Below are positions 1 through 12,797 of a DNA stretch of 48,092 nt, in pieces; position 1 is the stretch's first letter, and the number at the start of each line of letters is the position of its first letter. Location of the stretch: contig AP026169.1 of the NCBI GenBank assembly GCA_030295235.1, positions 868,001 to 916,092 of the forward strand, written 5' to 3'. Source of the stretch: Fistulifera solaris. Lineage: Eukaryota. A model generated the notes under the pieces. It was not told the origin of the DNA, made no database searches, and was given only the letters and a program-made list of their open reading frames with translations. The translations under genes and the position numbers were made by a program.

Positions 1-633
1 TGCTTTTTTTATGAGCAAACATCCGTAGTTCATGACTCCATTTCTTGGAGACTTTCGCTAGCTTTCGTTCGCGCGCTTTTCGTTCGGACGAAGATTGGGC
101 ATAACTCATCAGCCGTTGCGCTTCTAGCACTTCATCGACACAGGCTTTTTGTAATTTTAAAATGATAGGCGAGAAATATGATTCAAAGCCTCGTGTCGGA
201 CTCCTCGTGACGATTTTACTCATGTGCAGGTTTTCGGGGTCTTCTAATTCGCTGACAATCAAGCCTTCTAGTGCCTCTGTATATTCTGTCTCGCCACGAT
301 TGCGAATCTCCTCTATAAAAACAGCCGTCTCTTCTTGCATATTTTCCATTTCCTCGTCACCCCAAAAGAGATCATCGTATTTTGCATTATTAAGCGCCCC
401 AGGGTAGCTGTATTCCGTGCACAAGGGAGTATCATTATTATCCATGTCAAAGCGAACGACCCGCCGTCTGTGTCTCCGTTTTCGTTTTGTTGTTTTTGCC
501 GTTCGATCCTTTTCTTTTGCTGTGACGACTTCTTCGGGTGGTATTGTTTCATCCGGCATGCTGGAAACCATGGTATGTTGTTGAATGTCAACTGTGCTGT
601 CGATGAGCTTTGCGCTGTCAACTTCCTTCCCAT
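1..633 (-). CDS. Hypothetical protein, diatom-type; frameshifted and probably running off the left edge
   Basis: ATG at 633 (MGRKLTAQ...). After a frame change it reads RVRFDMDNNDT...DDLFWGDEEMENMQEE...SPTRGFESYFS...VDEVLEA, which resembles diatom hypothetical proteins with VRF...W...RG(L/F)E motifs. No function assignable. Confidence 0.5.
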
Positions 634-1190
634 CGCGGTGGCGCGAGGTGCGAGCTTCCTTTAATTGCTACACGGCAGGCACCGTGAATGGATTTTTAGT
701 TCGTTATAAACTCGGTGACCGGAAACCGGAGACGCCATAATAATGAAAATGAAATCGCTCCCTTGAACCAAATGTCTATTCTCTACTTACTGACTCTGTG
801 CAACCAGATTACTTAGAATTACAATGCTTGAATGAAATTACATAAGCCCAACAAAAGGCTGTATTCAACAGTGACCGCCGTATTCGTAAAACGTGAAACC
901 TGCAAGTCGTAAACCGGGTCCTTTATGGATTGTTGGCTCTCATGACGGCTCATGACTCATGACCTCATGACTGGCTACCCAGTCATGGGAATGTTGAAGC
1001 GACACTCGACGCGACATTACACGTTAACCTACTATGTACGTCCATCGTCCGCCAGCGCAAAAACAAACACCAATCAAGTCCTGCGCGTTGCAATCTGTTG
1101 CAAAGAACAACCCTACGAACGGACGAAGATAGCATTGAGATAATGCAAAACGTTGTTACTGAATATCTTTGTTGAAAGTCCAGAAGAAAT

Positions 1191-2178
1191 ATGTCTACTA
1201 CATCGGAAGACGCGTCGACTTCCTCGATGTACTTCTCTTCGGGCGATGACAGCAGCACAGAGAACCGCAACAACAATTACGACGACGATGATGATAATGA
1301 CGCTAAAAAAGCAGAAAGACACAAGGAATCGAAAGCTAAGCAACAGCGATGAGAGTGATGATTCGACAAGCGAGAGTGAGAGTGATGAGGATGAAGAAGG
1401 AAAGCGCGAGTCAATGTCGCATCTTCCGTTAGGGCAGCGCATCAAGCTCGAAGAGAGCTTTGGTGTTCGAAAGATGAGAAAGAAAGATGCAAAGGACACC
1501 CTTACTAGCTCTGCAAAAGTAGAAAAGAAGAGCTCGAGTAAAGAGAGCAGTGCGGTTACAACCAAAACAAAGAAGTCGAAACACGCGCCTACCGAAGCGT
1601 CATCGAAACGCTCGGATTTCTTTGCTACGCTTCGACAAACACAAATTGGAGGAGTTGGTACCGGTATTGATTTAGGAGCACATCGGTATCAGTCAAAAGA
1701 TCCTCGCATTAGCAATTTGCATGGTCACTTACAAGAAGATCATTTTCAACAAAACTTTGCATTCGTGCAGGACTTGAGTAAGAATGAAATCAAAACGCTA
1801 CAACGGAGCATTCATGCTTGGAAAACACCGGGGAAGAAAGGTCAGCAGCTGCGGCGGAAACTTGGTTTGACTGGGGGCACCACCAGCTTACAACAGGATC
1901 AAGAGCGGTTGAAGCAACTGCGGCATGAAATTGCGGAATGGGAGCGACAAGAGATTGAACGTGTCGCTCATCGCTCGGTGAAACAAAAACTGCAAGATCA
2001 AGCGGCCACGACGGGTAAATTTTACTTTCCCAAACGACGAGATCTACGAAAAATGCAAGATGACGCCAAAATGGAGGAGCTGCGGAAACGTCAAGGAGAA
2101 GGTGCTGTCGAAAAGGTTATAGCCAAGCGTCGAAAAAAGAACAAATCAAAAGATGCAAGTCTTATGGGTGCGAAATAA
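1191..2178 (+). CDS. RRP36: rRNA biogenesis protein RRP36 (DUF947)
   Basis: Motifs SKHAPTEASSKR, DPRISNLHG...FQQNFAF, GKFYFPKRRDLRK and KVIAKRRKKNKSKD, with an acidic N-terminus. Likely ATG at 1191 (MSTTSEDAS...) joins the main ORF through a 1-nt indel in the A-run near 1305-1310. Confidence 0.85.
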
Positions 2179-2870
2179 CTGGTTTATCATGGTAAGATAG
2201 GCATTTGCAACCAGTTGCGACACTTGCTGTTGGTGAAGAATCGTTTCAATGACAGTCACTAATCGGTTTACTGTGATGATTGCAGTTGCAACAACCAATT
2301 GGTTCACGAAACGTACCAAACCATTCAATGGAACGGAAAGTATCATCTGCAAACTGGCTTGTTTCACGTGGCGGCATTGGATACCAGGACAACTCCAACG
2401 AGCGTCGACGATTGTTCCTACTGAGCGTGTCACTACGATCTTTCATTTATTGATTTCTTTTCGACCCTTGGTACCCTTGTTGATTTCAGTTCTTGCTTAT
2501 TGATGACAAGCACGACAAACAAACAAAAAGACCGAACGATGATATCATACATGAAACGTCTTACTAACTGGCTGTGCAATGTACATCCCCCCTGGCAGAA
2601 GCGGTTTTCTGTTCTATCTGTTGAGTCGCCCTACGAATTACTCCGTAGATATTTTGGACCTGCGACACCAAGAAAGATGACGAGGTGTCAGCATCATTTT
2701 ATTCAGTGGCAGAAACGTGTTGCGGTTTAACCGGACTGGTCCTGTACATGATAGATACGACTGGCAGTCACACGCTCTTCTATGTTTAATTTTGTTATTG
2801 TAGCAGATACGACTACTTCTAAGCCGAAAGTGACAAATATCGTCATTAATATTAGTTGCTAAACCGAAAA

Positions 2871-4571
2871 TTAAGCATACTGGACGCGCATGATGTTAGT
2901 GGTACCCTTTGTACGCAAAGCACCCGTCACAACGACGACCGCATCACCGGCATCGAGTTTGCCTGCCGCCTTTAATTCATCAATCATGATTTGAATCTCA
3001 TTGTCGAGATCATCAAAGCTGACAACCTTAGCATCGACGCCACGGAGAATACCGCAGCACTGGCGGGCAACTTGAGCCTTGTCGGTCAACACGTGAATTG
3101 GACGTCCAGGGCGGAATTTAGCAACCTGAGTTGCTGTAGTTCCACTCTCACTGCAAACAATGATAGCCTTCGCGCCGCAATCAATGGTAGTTTTCACGGC
3201 AGAGCTGGCGATGGATTCAGAAGTGCTCAACTTTCCGTACTGAGCCAACGTACTGTTACGGACAGCCTGATACAGCATGTCGGTGTTTTGTGCACCTTCG
3301 GCTTCGGTCGTGGTTTCTGCCATGATCTGCACAGCGGCTTGCGGGTGTTCACCGTTGGCTGTTTCTCCCGACAACATCACAGCGTCAGTACCATCCAATA
3401 CAGCGTTAGCAACATCGGAGCATTCGGCACGAGTGGGACGAGGATTGACAATCATTGATTCCAACATCTGTGTGGCGGTAACGACAGGCTTTCCGGCAAT
3501 GTTCGCTTTGCGGATCATCATCTTTTGGGCTATTTACAGAGTTAAAAAGGTTAACATACAGTCATGTTAGCATCAGCTGGTTTAAGATCAATGATACGGA
3601 TGCAACGAAAAACAAACACTTACCTAAAAAGACCTTTTCAGGAGGAATCTCCATACCCAAATCACCACGGGCGACCATGATAGCATCGGTAGCTTCCAGA
3701 ATAGCATCGTAGTTCTCCATACCTTCCTGGTTTTCAATTTTGCTGATAATCTTGATGCCACTGTTCTCTCCCAACACTTGACGAATTTTGTGGACGTCGC
3801 TCGCTTTGCGCACAAACGATGCGGCAATGAAATCAACACCGTGCTTGAGGCCGAAGTTCTGCAAATCATCGATGTCCTTTTCCGTCAAAGTGGGCAAATC
3901 AACGACAACACCCGGAAGGTTCATGTTTTTGCGTTCTCCAATGGACGCATCATTCTCAATACGACAGGTGACTTCTCCGGCGGCCGAGTCGGTCGCAGTA
4001 ACGGTCAACACCAAACTGCCATCAGCAACGAGGATTTGTTGACCGACGGTGACACTCGTAGCCAATGAAGCATAACTACATGCCATCTTGGAAGCATCGC
4101 CCTTGAAGGAGTAATCCGAAGTGAGAACGATGGAGTTACCCTTTTTTAGAGATATTTTGCTCCCCTCAGCAAAGAAACCACTACGGATTTCAGGTCCTTT
4201 CGTATCGAGCATGACAGCTTTAAAGCAAGGACGAGAGAAGGATTGATTAAGCGTCTCTCGGCGCACACGCATTCAAAGTCAAGCACTTGTTTCAACGTAC
4301 CGACATGCTTTCCTTTCTTTGCCGCTGCCGCTCTCAAACGTTCTAGCGTCGCCGCATGCGTCTCATGATCTCCATGGCTGAAGTTGAAACGTGCAATGCT
4401 CAATCCTGTATCAATCAAGGTCTCGAGCATCTCTGGCGACCAGCAAGCAGGTCCGAGAGTGCACACAATCTTAGTTTGACGAGTACTCACATCCGTCGGA
4501 GCAATAATTTTGGCTAAGTTGATGTTGCCGCCGCGCAGTTCGGGGCCAGATGATTCAATCTTGGGTGTCAT
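2871..4571 (-). CDS. PK: Pyruvate kinase; exons 4571-4301, 4217-3624, 3529-2871
   Basis: [87 protein letters not shown] introns 4300-4218 and 3623-3530 restore the frame (HV-A-VMLD; VFL-A-QKMM). No targeting presequence, so probably cytosolic. Confidence 0.97.
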
Positions 4572-5239
4572 AGCGATGGAGTTGATTTTCTTAGAGGAAA
4601 TCGGTACGATTAAAACAATCAAAGAAGAGATTCGTTAATTCAAAACGTAACGAGAATTTTATTTGTGACGATACTGGTAGCGATGATCGAATGATGTGTG
4701 TGCGCGTATGCGAAAAAAAAACGAATACTACGTAATACGTAAAAAATAATGGAGATGCACCCGACAGATGACAGACGAACACGTCGCTCCTTTTTGTGCG
4801 TCGTGAATCGTGAAACAGTATGAGTACAAAGTACTCCGTATTGTACATTTCATATTGTTTCTTGCGACCGCTCATCCGTCCGTACGTCATTCTCAACTAA
4901 ATGGCTAAATTCGTGACTTGTAAATCGTTACAAACTTAGTTAATGTGGTACACACATTTGCAACAGGCTATTTCCTTACGACGAAATGCAAAGCCCGATA
5001 CGAAAATATTCGTATCATGAAAAGCATTGACGAGCTCTGCGGAATTTTAATTCAAGCCCAAAGGAATTTACCAGGTAGGGTAGTGCAAGCCACGGCTAGA
5101 CGAAAGCTGTACGTTTTCCGCTTCTTGTCCATGAATTTCGCCATAGTTTAATCCGTTCGGTTAGATATTATTCTAGAACGCAGATTTTACTGATGAAATC
5201 ATTCTTTTGTTTTCCCAATCCGGCCTTGGGAGGAAGAAT

Positions 5240-5503
5240 TATAGTTCGACACGCTCTAAAATAACAAATAACGAATACCGATATTCACGTTATAATAACG
5301 TATTATATCAGAGCCATTTTTCCCAATATCGATATTTGTCGATATTTGTACGCCTGACAGAGGGATTTGTGGCATTTTACGCTAAAATGGCTGTATTTTG
5401 CGGGCGAAGACAGACGGTCGCCGATATTAATATCGGTTATTATATCGTATAATACGATATTGATATTCGTAAAAATCGAAATATCGATATTTGTCGAACT
5501 ATG
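5240..5503. mobile_element. Non-autonomous hAT-like DNA transposon (MITE), 264 bp
   Basis: Terminal inverted repeats ATAGTTCGACA (5241-5251) and TGTCGAACTAT (5492-5502), plus one mismatched terminal base. Flanking 8-bp direct repeat GGAAGAAT (5232-5239 and 5504-5511). Interior rich in CGATAT/ATATCG repeats. Confidence 0.8.
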
Positions 5504-6414
5504 GGAAGAATGCCGAAGTCATTATTTACTTGCCAATTTTTGAGGTGAAACCTTCATGTTTTCCGTGCCGAAACGTTTGGTATGCTGCACCAGGTACAGG
5601 TACTTGTAGAGTCAAAGCCATCAAGAATACCTTGGTACCTGGTACTTGGTATCAGGTACAGTATTTTCAAAAAAATTTTCACTAAAGAGAGCGTCAAGTC
5701 TTCAGAAAAGGATTTTGTTGTCGAAACCGATGGAGAATGAAGACGAGACACTACAAGTACCGGTACCAGTACAAACACGTAACACGTGCATAATCGATAA
5801 TCGATAAACGTATTGCGTCGACGGCTGTCTTTTAGACTCTAGAGAGTCGTCTTTACAGTTGTCCTTAGAGTCACGTACGTAGCTCAGAAAACAACACCTA
5901 AAAACGGCTCTTAGGTTTTGGTAAATAGCAAGATGTCGCGAGACGTGGTAGGAACACTATCGACTTTATTCACTTTTTTCTCTTCTTCAATATCGATTTT
6001 GCAGCATCTTTCTTTGGCGATCTTAAAGACCCGAATACATCTATGACACTTTGACCTCAGACATCGTTTCTGGATCAGACAAAAGTTTCAACATGCAAAA
6101 TGCAAACCAGTGAAGTACTTTATTAGTCAAACATTTTATTCTCCAACGGCCTCTGAGCATTTCTGGGCAATCAAAAACTCCAACGACAGAACAATCATTT
6201 TGCCTAAAAAAACATCTTAAAAGCATCCATTTCCAACGATCTCGCTGACAATACAAGTAGCTGGTAGTGTCAGCTAACCCGACCTGCAACAGACGCTCAA
6301 CTTCCAAGAGCACAACCTAACTAAGCCTATTGTCCTTTCCTCTGGTACAAGCATCTGAATTGCTGTCGCTGATTTCTCTACCCCGTCAATAAAACAATTG
6401 ATAACGCGAAGAAT

Positions 6415-7418
6415 ATGTTTCAAGAAAGGCAGAATCGTAGGAAAAGAGATGGGATTGGATTAGAGCGTCCCGCAAAGCGAAGAAGAGCGGATGCAAAAGC
6501 CTCTAGAAAAAGCGCCCCAGACATAGACACAGGCCGCGTAGCTGCCATTGGAGACCCCGCGAGAACGTCAGTTTTTTCTCTGCAGGATACAAACGAATCA
6601 AGCTCGAGAATCTGGTCCACAAAAAAGGCGAATTGTTGAGTCGACTTGAAATAACCGACCCAGCATTAGCTCTGCAAGATAAACTGACCACTGAAGAAGG
6701 TCAACTGAAAGAAAATCCCAATTTCACCCGCGAGCAGGCACGGCAGGCCGCCAAACGCGAGTATAATCGCCGTAATGCTGCAAGAGGTCGTATACGCCGC
6801 AAATGCCTCTTGAGTGAGCTACAGGAGAAATGTGACATGATGGAAATTGAAATGGAGGCTCTAAAAATGAAAATGCTGCATTGAAGGCAGAAATTGAGGA
6901 CATGAAGCATATTACGGTCACTGAAAACGTCCGAAGATAATGTCGGTAGAACAAATCAAAGTGCCAACCAGCCGCAGCAAGCAATAGGACAGGCATCGCC
7001 GCGTACAGACCTTGATGGAAGTGAGTCAATGCAAGACGGCAATGCAATTCTATACCAGCAAAATCCACGGTTTTATTTCCAGCAAAGCGGAATCGATGTG
7101 AATGCCAGGCTGATGAATAATAGTGTTTTTCTATCGCAACGAGATCAGTGCCTTTCTTTGCCGCATGTAAGCGACAGTGCGCTTTTGTTTCAGCAACAAA
7201 GGGCGTTTGTTCCTCAATCGAGAATGAGTAGTCTGCTTCATCAAAATCAACCAGTTCCTTCTCATGCAGGGCTTCCGGGTGGTCAAGATTTGTTGCAAAC
7301 GCTCATGCTTGCCAGAGTTCGAGCAGCACTCGATTCGAGCAATGATCCCTCGCAAATGTCGGGAGTCAATCTCCAAGGATCTTTGCGAAGCTATCCGCCT
7401 AATTTCTTGCCGAAGTGA
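6415..7418 (+). CDS. bZIP transcription factor, copy 1 (frameshifted over ORFs 6415, 6633, 7029)
   Basis: Basic region AAKREYNRRNAARGRIRRK (N-x7-R) followed by a heptad zipper and a Q-rich C-terminus ending LMLARVRAAL. Clear paralog of 13676-14512. Confidence 0.8.
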
Positions 7419-7536
7419 ATGTCGTTGTTATGTTTAAGTTTTTTACGGCATTTTTCATTCCATACTCTTGTTTGTTAGAGTTTAGTTGCCTGTAGACTGT
7501 CGATGCTGGCTACCTGGTAAATAAAAAAAATTGAAA

Positions 7537-7664
7537 GGGGGGGGGGGGGGGGGGGACAGGGAACGGCGTTAAAATTCTGGACAGGGAACGGCGTTAAAAT
7601 TCTGCCTCGTCATAGACGCTACGTAGAATCTCATACTGGGAGGCAGAATTTTTAACGTCCTTCC
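7537..7664. repeat. G19 tract, 25-bp tandem duplication and imperfect inverted repeat
   Basis: G-run 7537-7555. GACAGGGAACGGCGTTAAAATTCTG occurs twice (7555-7579, 7580-7604). CGTTAAAATTCTGCCTC is matched in reverse by GAGGCAGAATTTTTAACG at 7640-7657 (one extra T). Confidence 0.75.
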
Positions 7665-8032
7665 AAGGTTTTTCCCAGTTCCGCTGTTCCGCTACCGAGA
7701 CTCCCATTAAAGGTACACTGTAACGACAAAGTAGAAATTCTCCCCCGCTTCCCAAAAGCATTTCAGCGTGAAGATCAGTCTGTAAATGGCAAGCCAAATC
7801 ATTTTCCTCCCAACTACTGGTACCTTTAGATTTTCGCTTTTTTCAGCGGAAGACAAGGCACAAGGCACCATACCTACTACTGCCTCAACCCTCAAGTCTC
7901 AGTTCCCAGTTCTCTCTCTAGAATACTCCGAACCCAATACGAGGGTAATGAGAAGCACGACGCACGACGCCACCGCACATCATCACGACATCTAATTATG
8001 TGCCTGGCACTAATTGTATGAGATGATGAGCT

Positions 8033-8229
8033 TGACTTGACTCACGAGGAATGTAATTGATGATAAAGATATATTATAAGCATGTTAACAGCTAAAGTAA
8101 AGATGAGCAGGACGCAGTTCTCAATAGATGAGAACCAAGCGTGAAATGGAATCAATAATAGATTGCCATGATCCATAATCTTCTAAGAACAGAACGTAAA
8201 GAACAAGAGAGGACATGTAGTGTACTGCA
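8033..8229 (-). repeat. 3' LTR of the gypsy element
   Basis: Direct repeat of 12798-12994 (2 substitutions, 2 single-base indels); adjacent to the polypurine tract. Confidence 0.95.
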
Positions 8230-8275
8230 TTCTGCCTCCCAACATTGCTTGAAAAGTAATGTTGCTTGAGATAGA

Positions 8276-11200
8276 TCAATGTAGATAAGGTTTGACTCGT
8301 CGGATATTGATATGTTCTTGAACAGTGTCATTGAGTTGGATAGTTAAATTTCCGTTCTGAAATACTTCGACAACTTTATAGGGTCCAATTGCTCGATCTT
8401 GTAGTTTTGATGGTTGGTAGACTAGTTTGAGGACTTCCATTCCTGGTCTGTAGTTGAAAGGGAATCGTTTTTGGTTTGCTAAGACTGTTCGTTCGTCGAT
8501 GAGTTGTTGTCTATTCTGTTGAATGGTGATCCAATCAGCAACAACTGGTATATCAAGTATCATGTCTCGACCAAAAACTAGGGCTCCCGGTGTGGCTTTG
8601 AGTCCTCCATGACACGACGCTCTAAGTGCAAAGACGGTATTTGCTAGGGCGGTGTCAACCATGAGTTTTCCTGTTTCCAAGGCTGTTGGTGGATTCAAAG
8701 AGGACATCGCTCGTGAGAATGTTACCAACTGATTGATGCATACGTTCGCAGATCGCGTTTTGATGTTGGCGTCTTCTTGTTTGAAGGTGATTTGTGGATT
8801 CCATATTTTTGTAGAGTGATTTGAAATCCGTAGCCAATAAATTCACCACCTTGATCGAATGTGCAGAATAATGGTCGTGGATATTTTGATAGCCAAGCGT
8901 TGTGAAGTTGGAAGGCTTAATGAATCGCACGCTTTGTTGTCTAGTCGTATGAGTTCTGCAAGGTTGGTTACCGGATCGATGATTGAAAGGGCGATGAAAC
9001 TGTGCTCGTGACCGGCTATTTGAAGAGTCCATGGTCCTATGAGATCGACACAAATGTCTCGCCATGGATGAATATTTGCTTCGTGGGCGGTAGTTCTCCG
9101 TATCCGCGCTTGAAGTTGCTTCTTCGCTGGCATTCGGCCGCGACCTTGATACGTAGTCATCGATTTTATTTCATAATTGGGAGTTGTAAAGATGTGTGGA
9201 GATGGTGTCGAATAGTCGACTTCTTCCTAGATGACCGAGTACAAAGTGGTACCATGCCACTGTCTCATGTAATAGTTCATCTGGTAAATAGATCTTCCAC
9301 GGTTCATTTGGTTTTGGAATAAAACATGTAACATAAACATTGGGTGCGAGCATTTGTTCGCAAAATGATTGTGGATATTTTTGTCGTAGCGTTTGCAAAC
9401 GGGCGCCCCTCATTTGTACCGCCGAAGCCTCTTGTAATCTAAGACAAAGGGCTTACCACTTCATTGAGTGGTAGATTGACGAAGCAACTCTTAAGGTCGT
9501 CATCGCCGATGGCCATTGAATAAAATGTTTGACTTCCCTCTTCGGTGGAGTCAACATATTGTGGTTCGAACCTGTTAAGAATTTCTTCGTCAAATGGCAA
9601 GCGAGAGGCCTGCTAATGGATTATCTTCACCTTTGATATGGTGTAAGTGTGTACCGTGATTCATCAAGAAAAGTCTTTCATCGTAGTACTCTTTGTGATG
9701 TGTATTTTTCGAAGACATTGTTTCGATGGTCCGTATAGACATGAAGGTCTGGACATCCATAGAGCATGGTACGAAACTCGTGTAGTATTTTGACGATAGA
9801 TAAGAGTTCTTTTTCTCCTGGAGTGTAATTTTGTTGTGCAGCTGCCGAGTTTTTTTTGGTATAGTAGGCGACTGGCATTTTGTCTTGAAATATGGCCGCG
9901 CCCATTTGTTCATTGCTTGCGTCGGCATAAATATGGAACGGTTTGTTATGATTTGGGTACCGGAGAAAGGCATCTTGAGCCAGTAGTGCTTTAATTTGCT
10001 TGAATGCTTGTTCCATTTCGTTAGTCCAGTTAAGCTCTTTGCCTTTCGTTGCCGTTTGCTTTTGATAATGGTGCAAGAATATGAGCTCGACGAGGGTACA
10101 TATCGCGATAAAAATTGATAGCTCCAAGGAAGCTGCGTGAATTGATGAACGTCTTTTGGTTGCTTGAGCGCGAGGATGGGAGTTATACGTTTTTTCAAGG
10201 TTTCAGACCATTCGGTGTTAACCAGTATCCTAGCCAATCCGTTTCTTGAACTCCCCATTCGCATTTTGAAGGATTGACAGTGAAGTTATTGTCTTGCAAT
10301 GTCGTTAAGACTCGGTCAAGAAGTTTAAGATGAGCTTCCCACGAGTCTGAAAAGCATCCGACATCGTCGATGTAGACTTCGATGTCTTCAAAGTTTCGAA
10401 ATATCTTTTCCATCTTCTCTTGAGATATGTCGGGAGACTGTGATATTCCCATTGGTAATCTGTTATATCGGTAATTTCCAAATGGCGTACAAATGAAGCA
10501 AAGATTCTTGCTTTCTTCGTCGAAGTTCAAAAGTATAAAACTGCATTGAGATGTCGAAGTTTCGTGAAGATAGCGATATCCCTTCCGTTGTTTGAGAATG
10601 TCGGTAATGATTGGAAGGTTGTAGACTTTTCGCTTGATAACTTTATTCAATTGACGGAAGTCTGAGATCCATCGAACTCGACCATTTTTTTTGGAATAAT
10701 AAATGAAGGTGAAAGCCATTCGGATGGTCCAAATTTCGATAGGACTCCGATAGCTTCAAGATGTTCTAGCTCGCCTTTGAAGGTGGTTCGGTTGTATGGC
10801 GAGATTGAATAATATCGGTATGCGTGTGGTTTGCTTCCAGGTTGGATATCTATGTGGACTTTTTCCGGAAAGCATCCAAGTTTGCTTGAAAATAAACGCT
10901 TGTATTTTGATAGTAGACTTGCGAGTTGGTCCTTTGCACATCGTTTAGATGATCTTGCTTTTGTGCAATTATATTTGGATTGGTTTCTTCATATTTTGCT
11001 GGTAGAATCTCTTTTGATTTGTATCCTGCCTCCTTGATTTGTTCTTCTGTAATGAAAGTTTCGAACGAATTAATTTTATCGTTTTCAAAGAGATCGGACA
11101 TGGAGGTAAAGTGTGCAGAGAAGTAGTTCGGTATGAAATAGTCACTTGATCGAAATGGTATTTGGTTTTCGAACCATGATACTGTTTTCGTTGAATTGTG

Positions 11201-12760
11201 AATGTCGATTCCGAGTTTGGTCATTAAGTCATTTCCGATGATTACGTCGTAGATCGTTTGAACGTTATCGAAAATGATACATGGAAGTGGACCTGGCACT
11301 CGTTGAGAGGCGGAAAACTCGGGTAATGAGATGTCTTGAAGTTCAACTTGATTGTTATGGGTTTCAACGCCATGAAGACCGACGATGCGTTTACCTTGAA
11401 TGAGTTTTGGCGTCGCACCTTTTGGTAAAGCTCTTTGATTAAACATTGTATGATCTGATCCTGAATCAAAAAATATTTTTAATGGATGCTTGTTTTCTTG
11501 GCCTTGAATATATTTAGCTGACATGATAGTTATAGGACGAGGGCGTGTCTTGCGATTGTTGTATCATGTAATTAGGTATTAATTTAATGTCTAAATCTCC
11601 AGAATAATAAATATCGTCGCATAAAGATGTGAATGATATAGAAGAAGATACATTTGATTCACTCTGCGAAGACGATATTCTGGGATCAGACAATAAATTT
11701 TCATCGGCGGTTGTTACGAAGCACGATGACATACCATAAAACTGATTCGGATACAAGTCGTTTTGCTTCATCATTCCGGCTGGTTTTGAAGGAGTTTCTT
11801 GTGTGATTTTCGCATGATCTTGAGGTGCTGTCTTGCTGTTCTTGGTTTCATTGATCTTGCGGATTTTATTTGGATTGTAATTATTTCCGCTTCGATTATA
11901 CCAACAGTTGTTCCAATCATGATGACTCACACCGTTTTTATCAAGGCATTCGCGCTTTCGGCAGTCACCGACCGCTTTAAAAGTCTTGCGCTTTGTTACT
12001 GCCTCCGTTGTTCTTGTTTCCTTGATTATTTCCTTGATTGATGTCGTTATTCTTGCCTTTCCATTTGTTGTTGGAACGATCGTTGTTTTGTTTCTTGCTT
12101 GAATTTTGTTGAGGATTTTTCTTCGCGATATTTTGTTGCTTGATGAAATATTCCAAAACTTCTCCCTTACTGATTCTGGCTAAATCAAAGGAGCTTTTAT
12201 CAAAGGACTTTTGCCACCACTCGGGCATAGCACCATAAATCGCATGCTTGAGTGTCGATTCATCGAGTTTCATCGCATTTCCAGGGAGAAGACTTATCCA
12301 GTCATTTGCTTCTTCCATCAAAATGTTAAATTGACTCACGTCCATTGTGAAAGGAAGACGACTGTTTCAAATTTCTTCAATAAGACTGAAGCTGGTATTT
12401 GCTTTATAAAACTTGTTGATGAAGTTCTTGAGCTTCGACTTGAATGTTTTGCTTCCATTGTTTTCCGTCCATGCTGAAATAAAATTTGGAGAAAGCGTCA
12501 TGGAAATAATTGCATGCACGATTTTTCAATCTTCTTCTCGGTTTTTTCTGATTCGTCTCCACCGATTGCTTGTTTGACATAATAAGGTAGTTGCGTGCAA
12601 TGTCTCATGAACGGCGTGAATTCAATTTTCGTCAATCGCTTGATATGAATTTCATACTTCACTCCTTTGAGTTCCCATTTGAATTGGATCTCTTGAACAT
12701 TTTCTTCATCCTTGTATCCGGGTTGAAGTAAACATTACTGGTTGATTTCTTGGCTGCCAT
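8276..12760 (-). CDS. gag-pol polyprotein of the gypsy element, broken by multiple indels
   Basis: ATG 12760. Gag with a C-terminal C..HHDWNNC knuckle-like motif. Protease [38 protein letters not shown]. RNase [27 protein letters not shown]. Integrase [22 protein letters not shown] and the GPY/F motif RAIGPYKV. Confidence 0.92.
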
Positions 12761-12797
12761 GGTGTATTCGATATGAGCGTAGCGCCTGTGATCACAA

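Noticed and set aside
2146..2750. Possible small minus-strand gene between RRP36 and pyruvate kinase, with an intron-like GTAAG...AG
   Set aside because: In-frame stops and no recognisable motif; cannot be supported.
2991..4068. Long + strand ORFs opposite pyruvate kinase, and similar antisense ORFs at 26400 and 32896
   Set aside because: Shadow ORFs on the antisense strand of well-supported genes.
4997..5016. GATACGAA/TTCGTATC hairpin
   Set aside because: An 8-bp stem alone is within chance expectation and has no supporting context.
7555..7604. 25-bp direct repeats as a CRISPR array
   Set aside because: Only two adjacent copies, no spacers, no cas genes, eukaryotic context.
8276..12760. 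Programmed ribosomal frameshifting in the gypsy gag-pol
   Set aside because: There are too many frame breaks, matching the window-wide indel noise, to single out a real recoding site.
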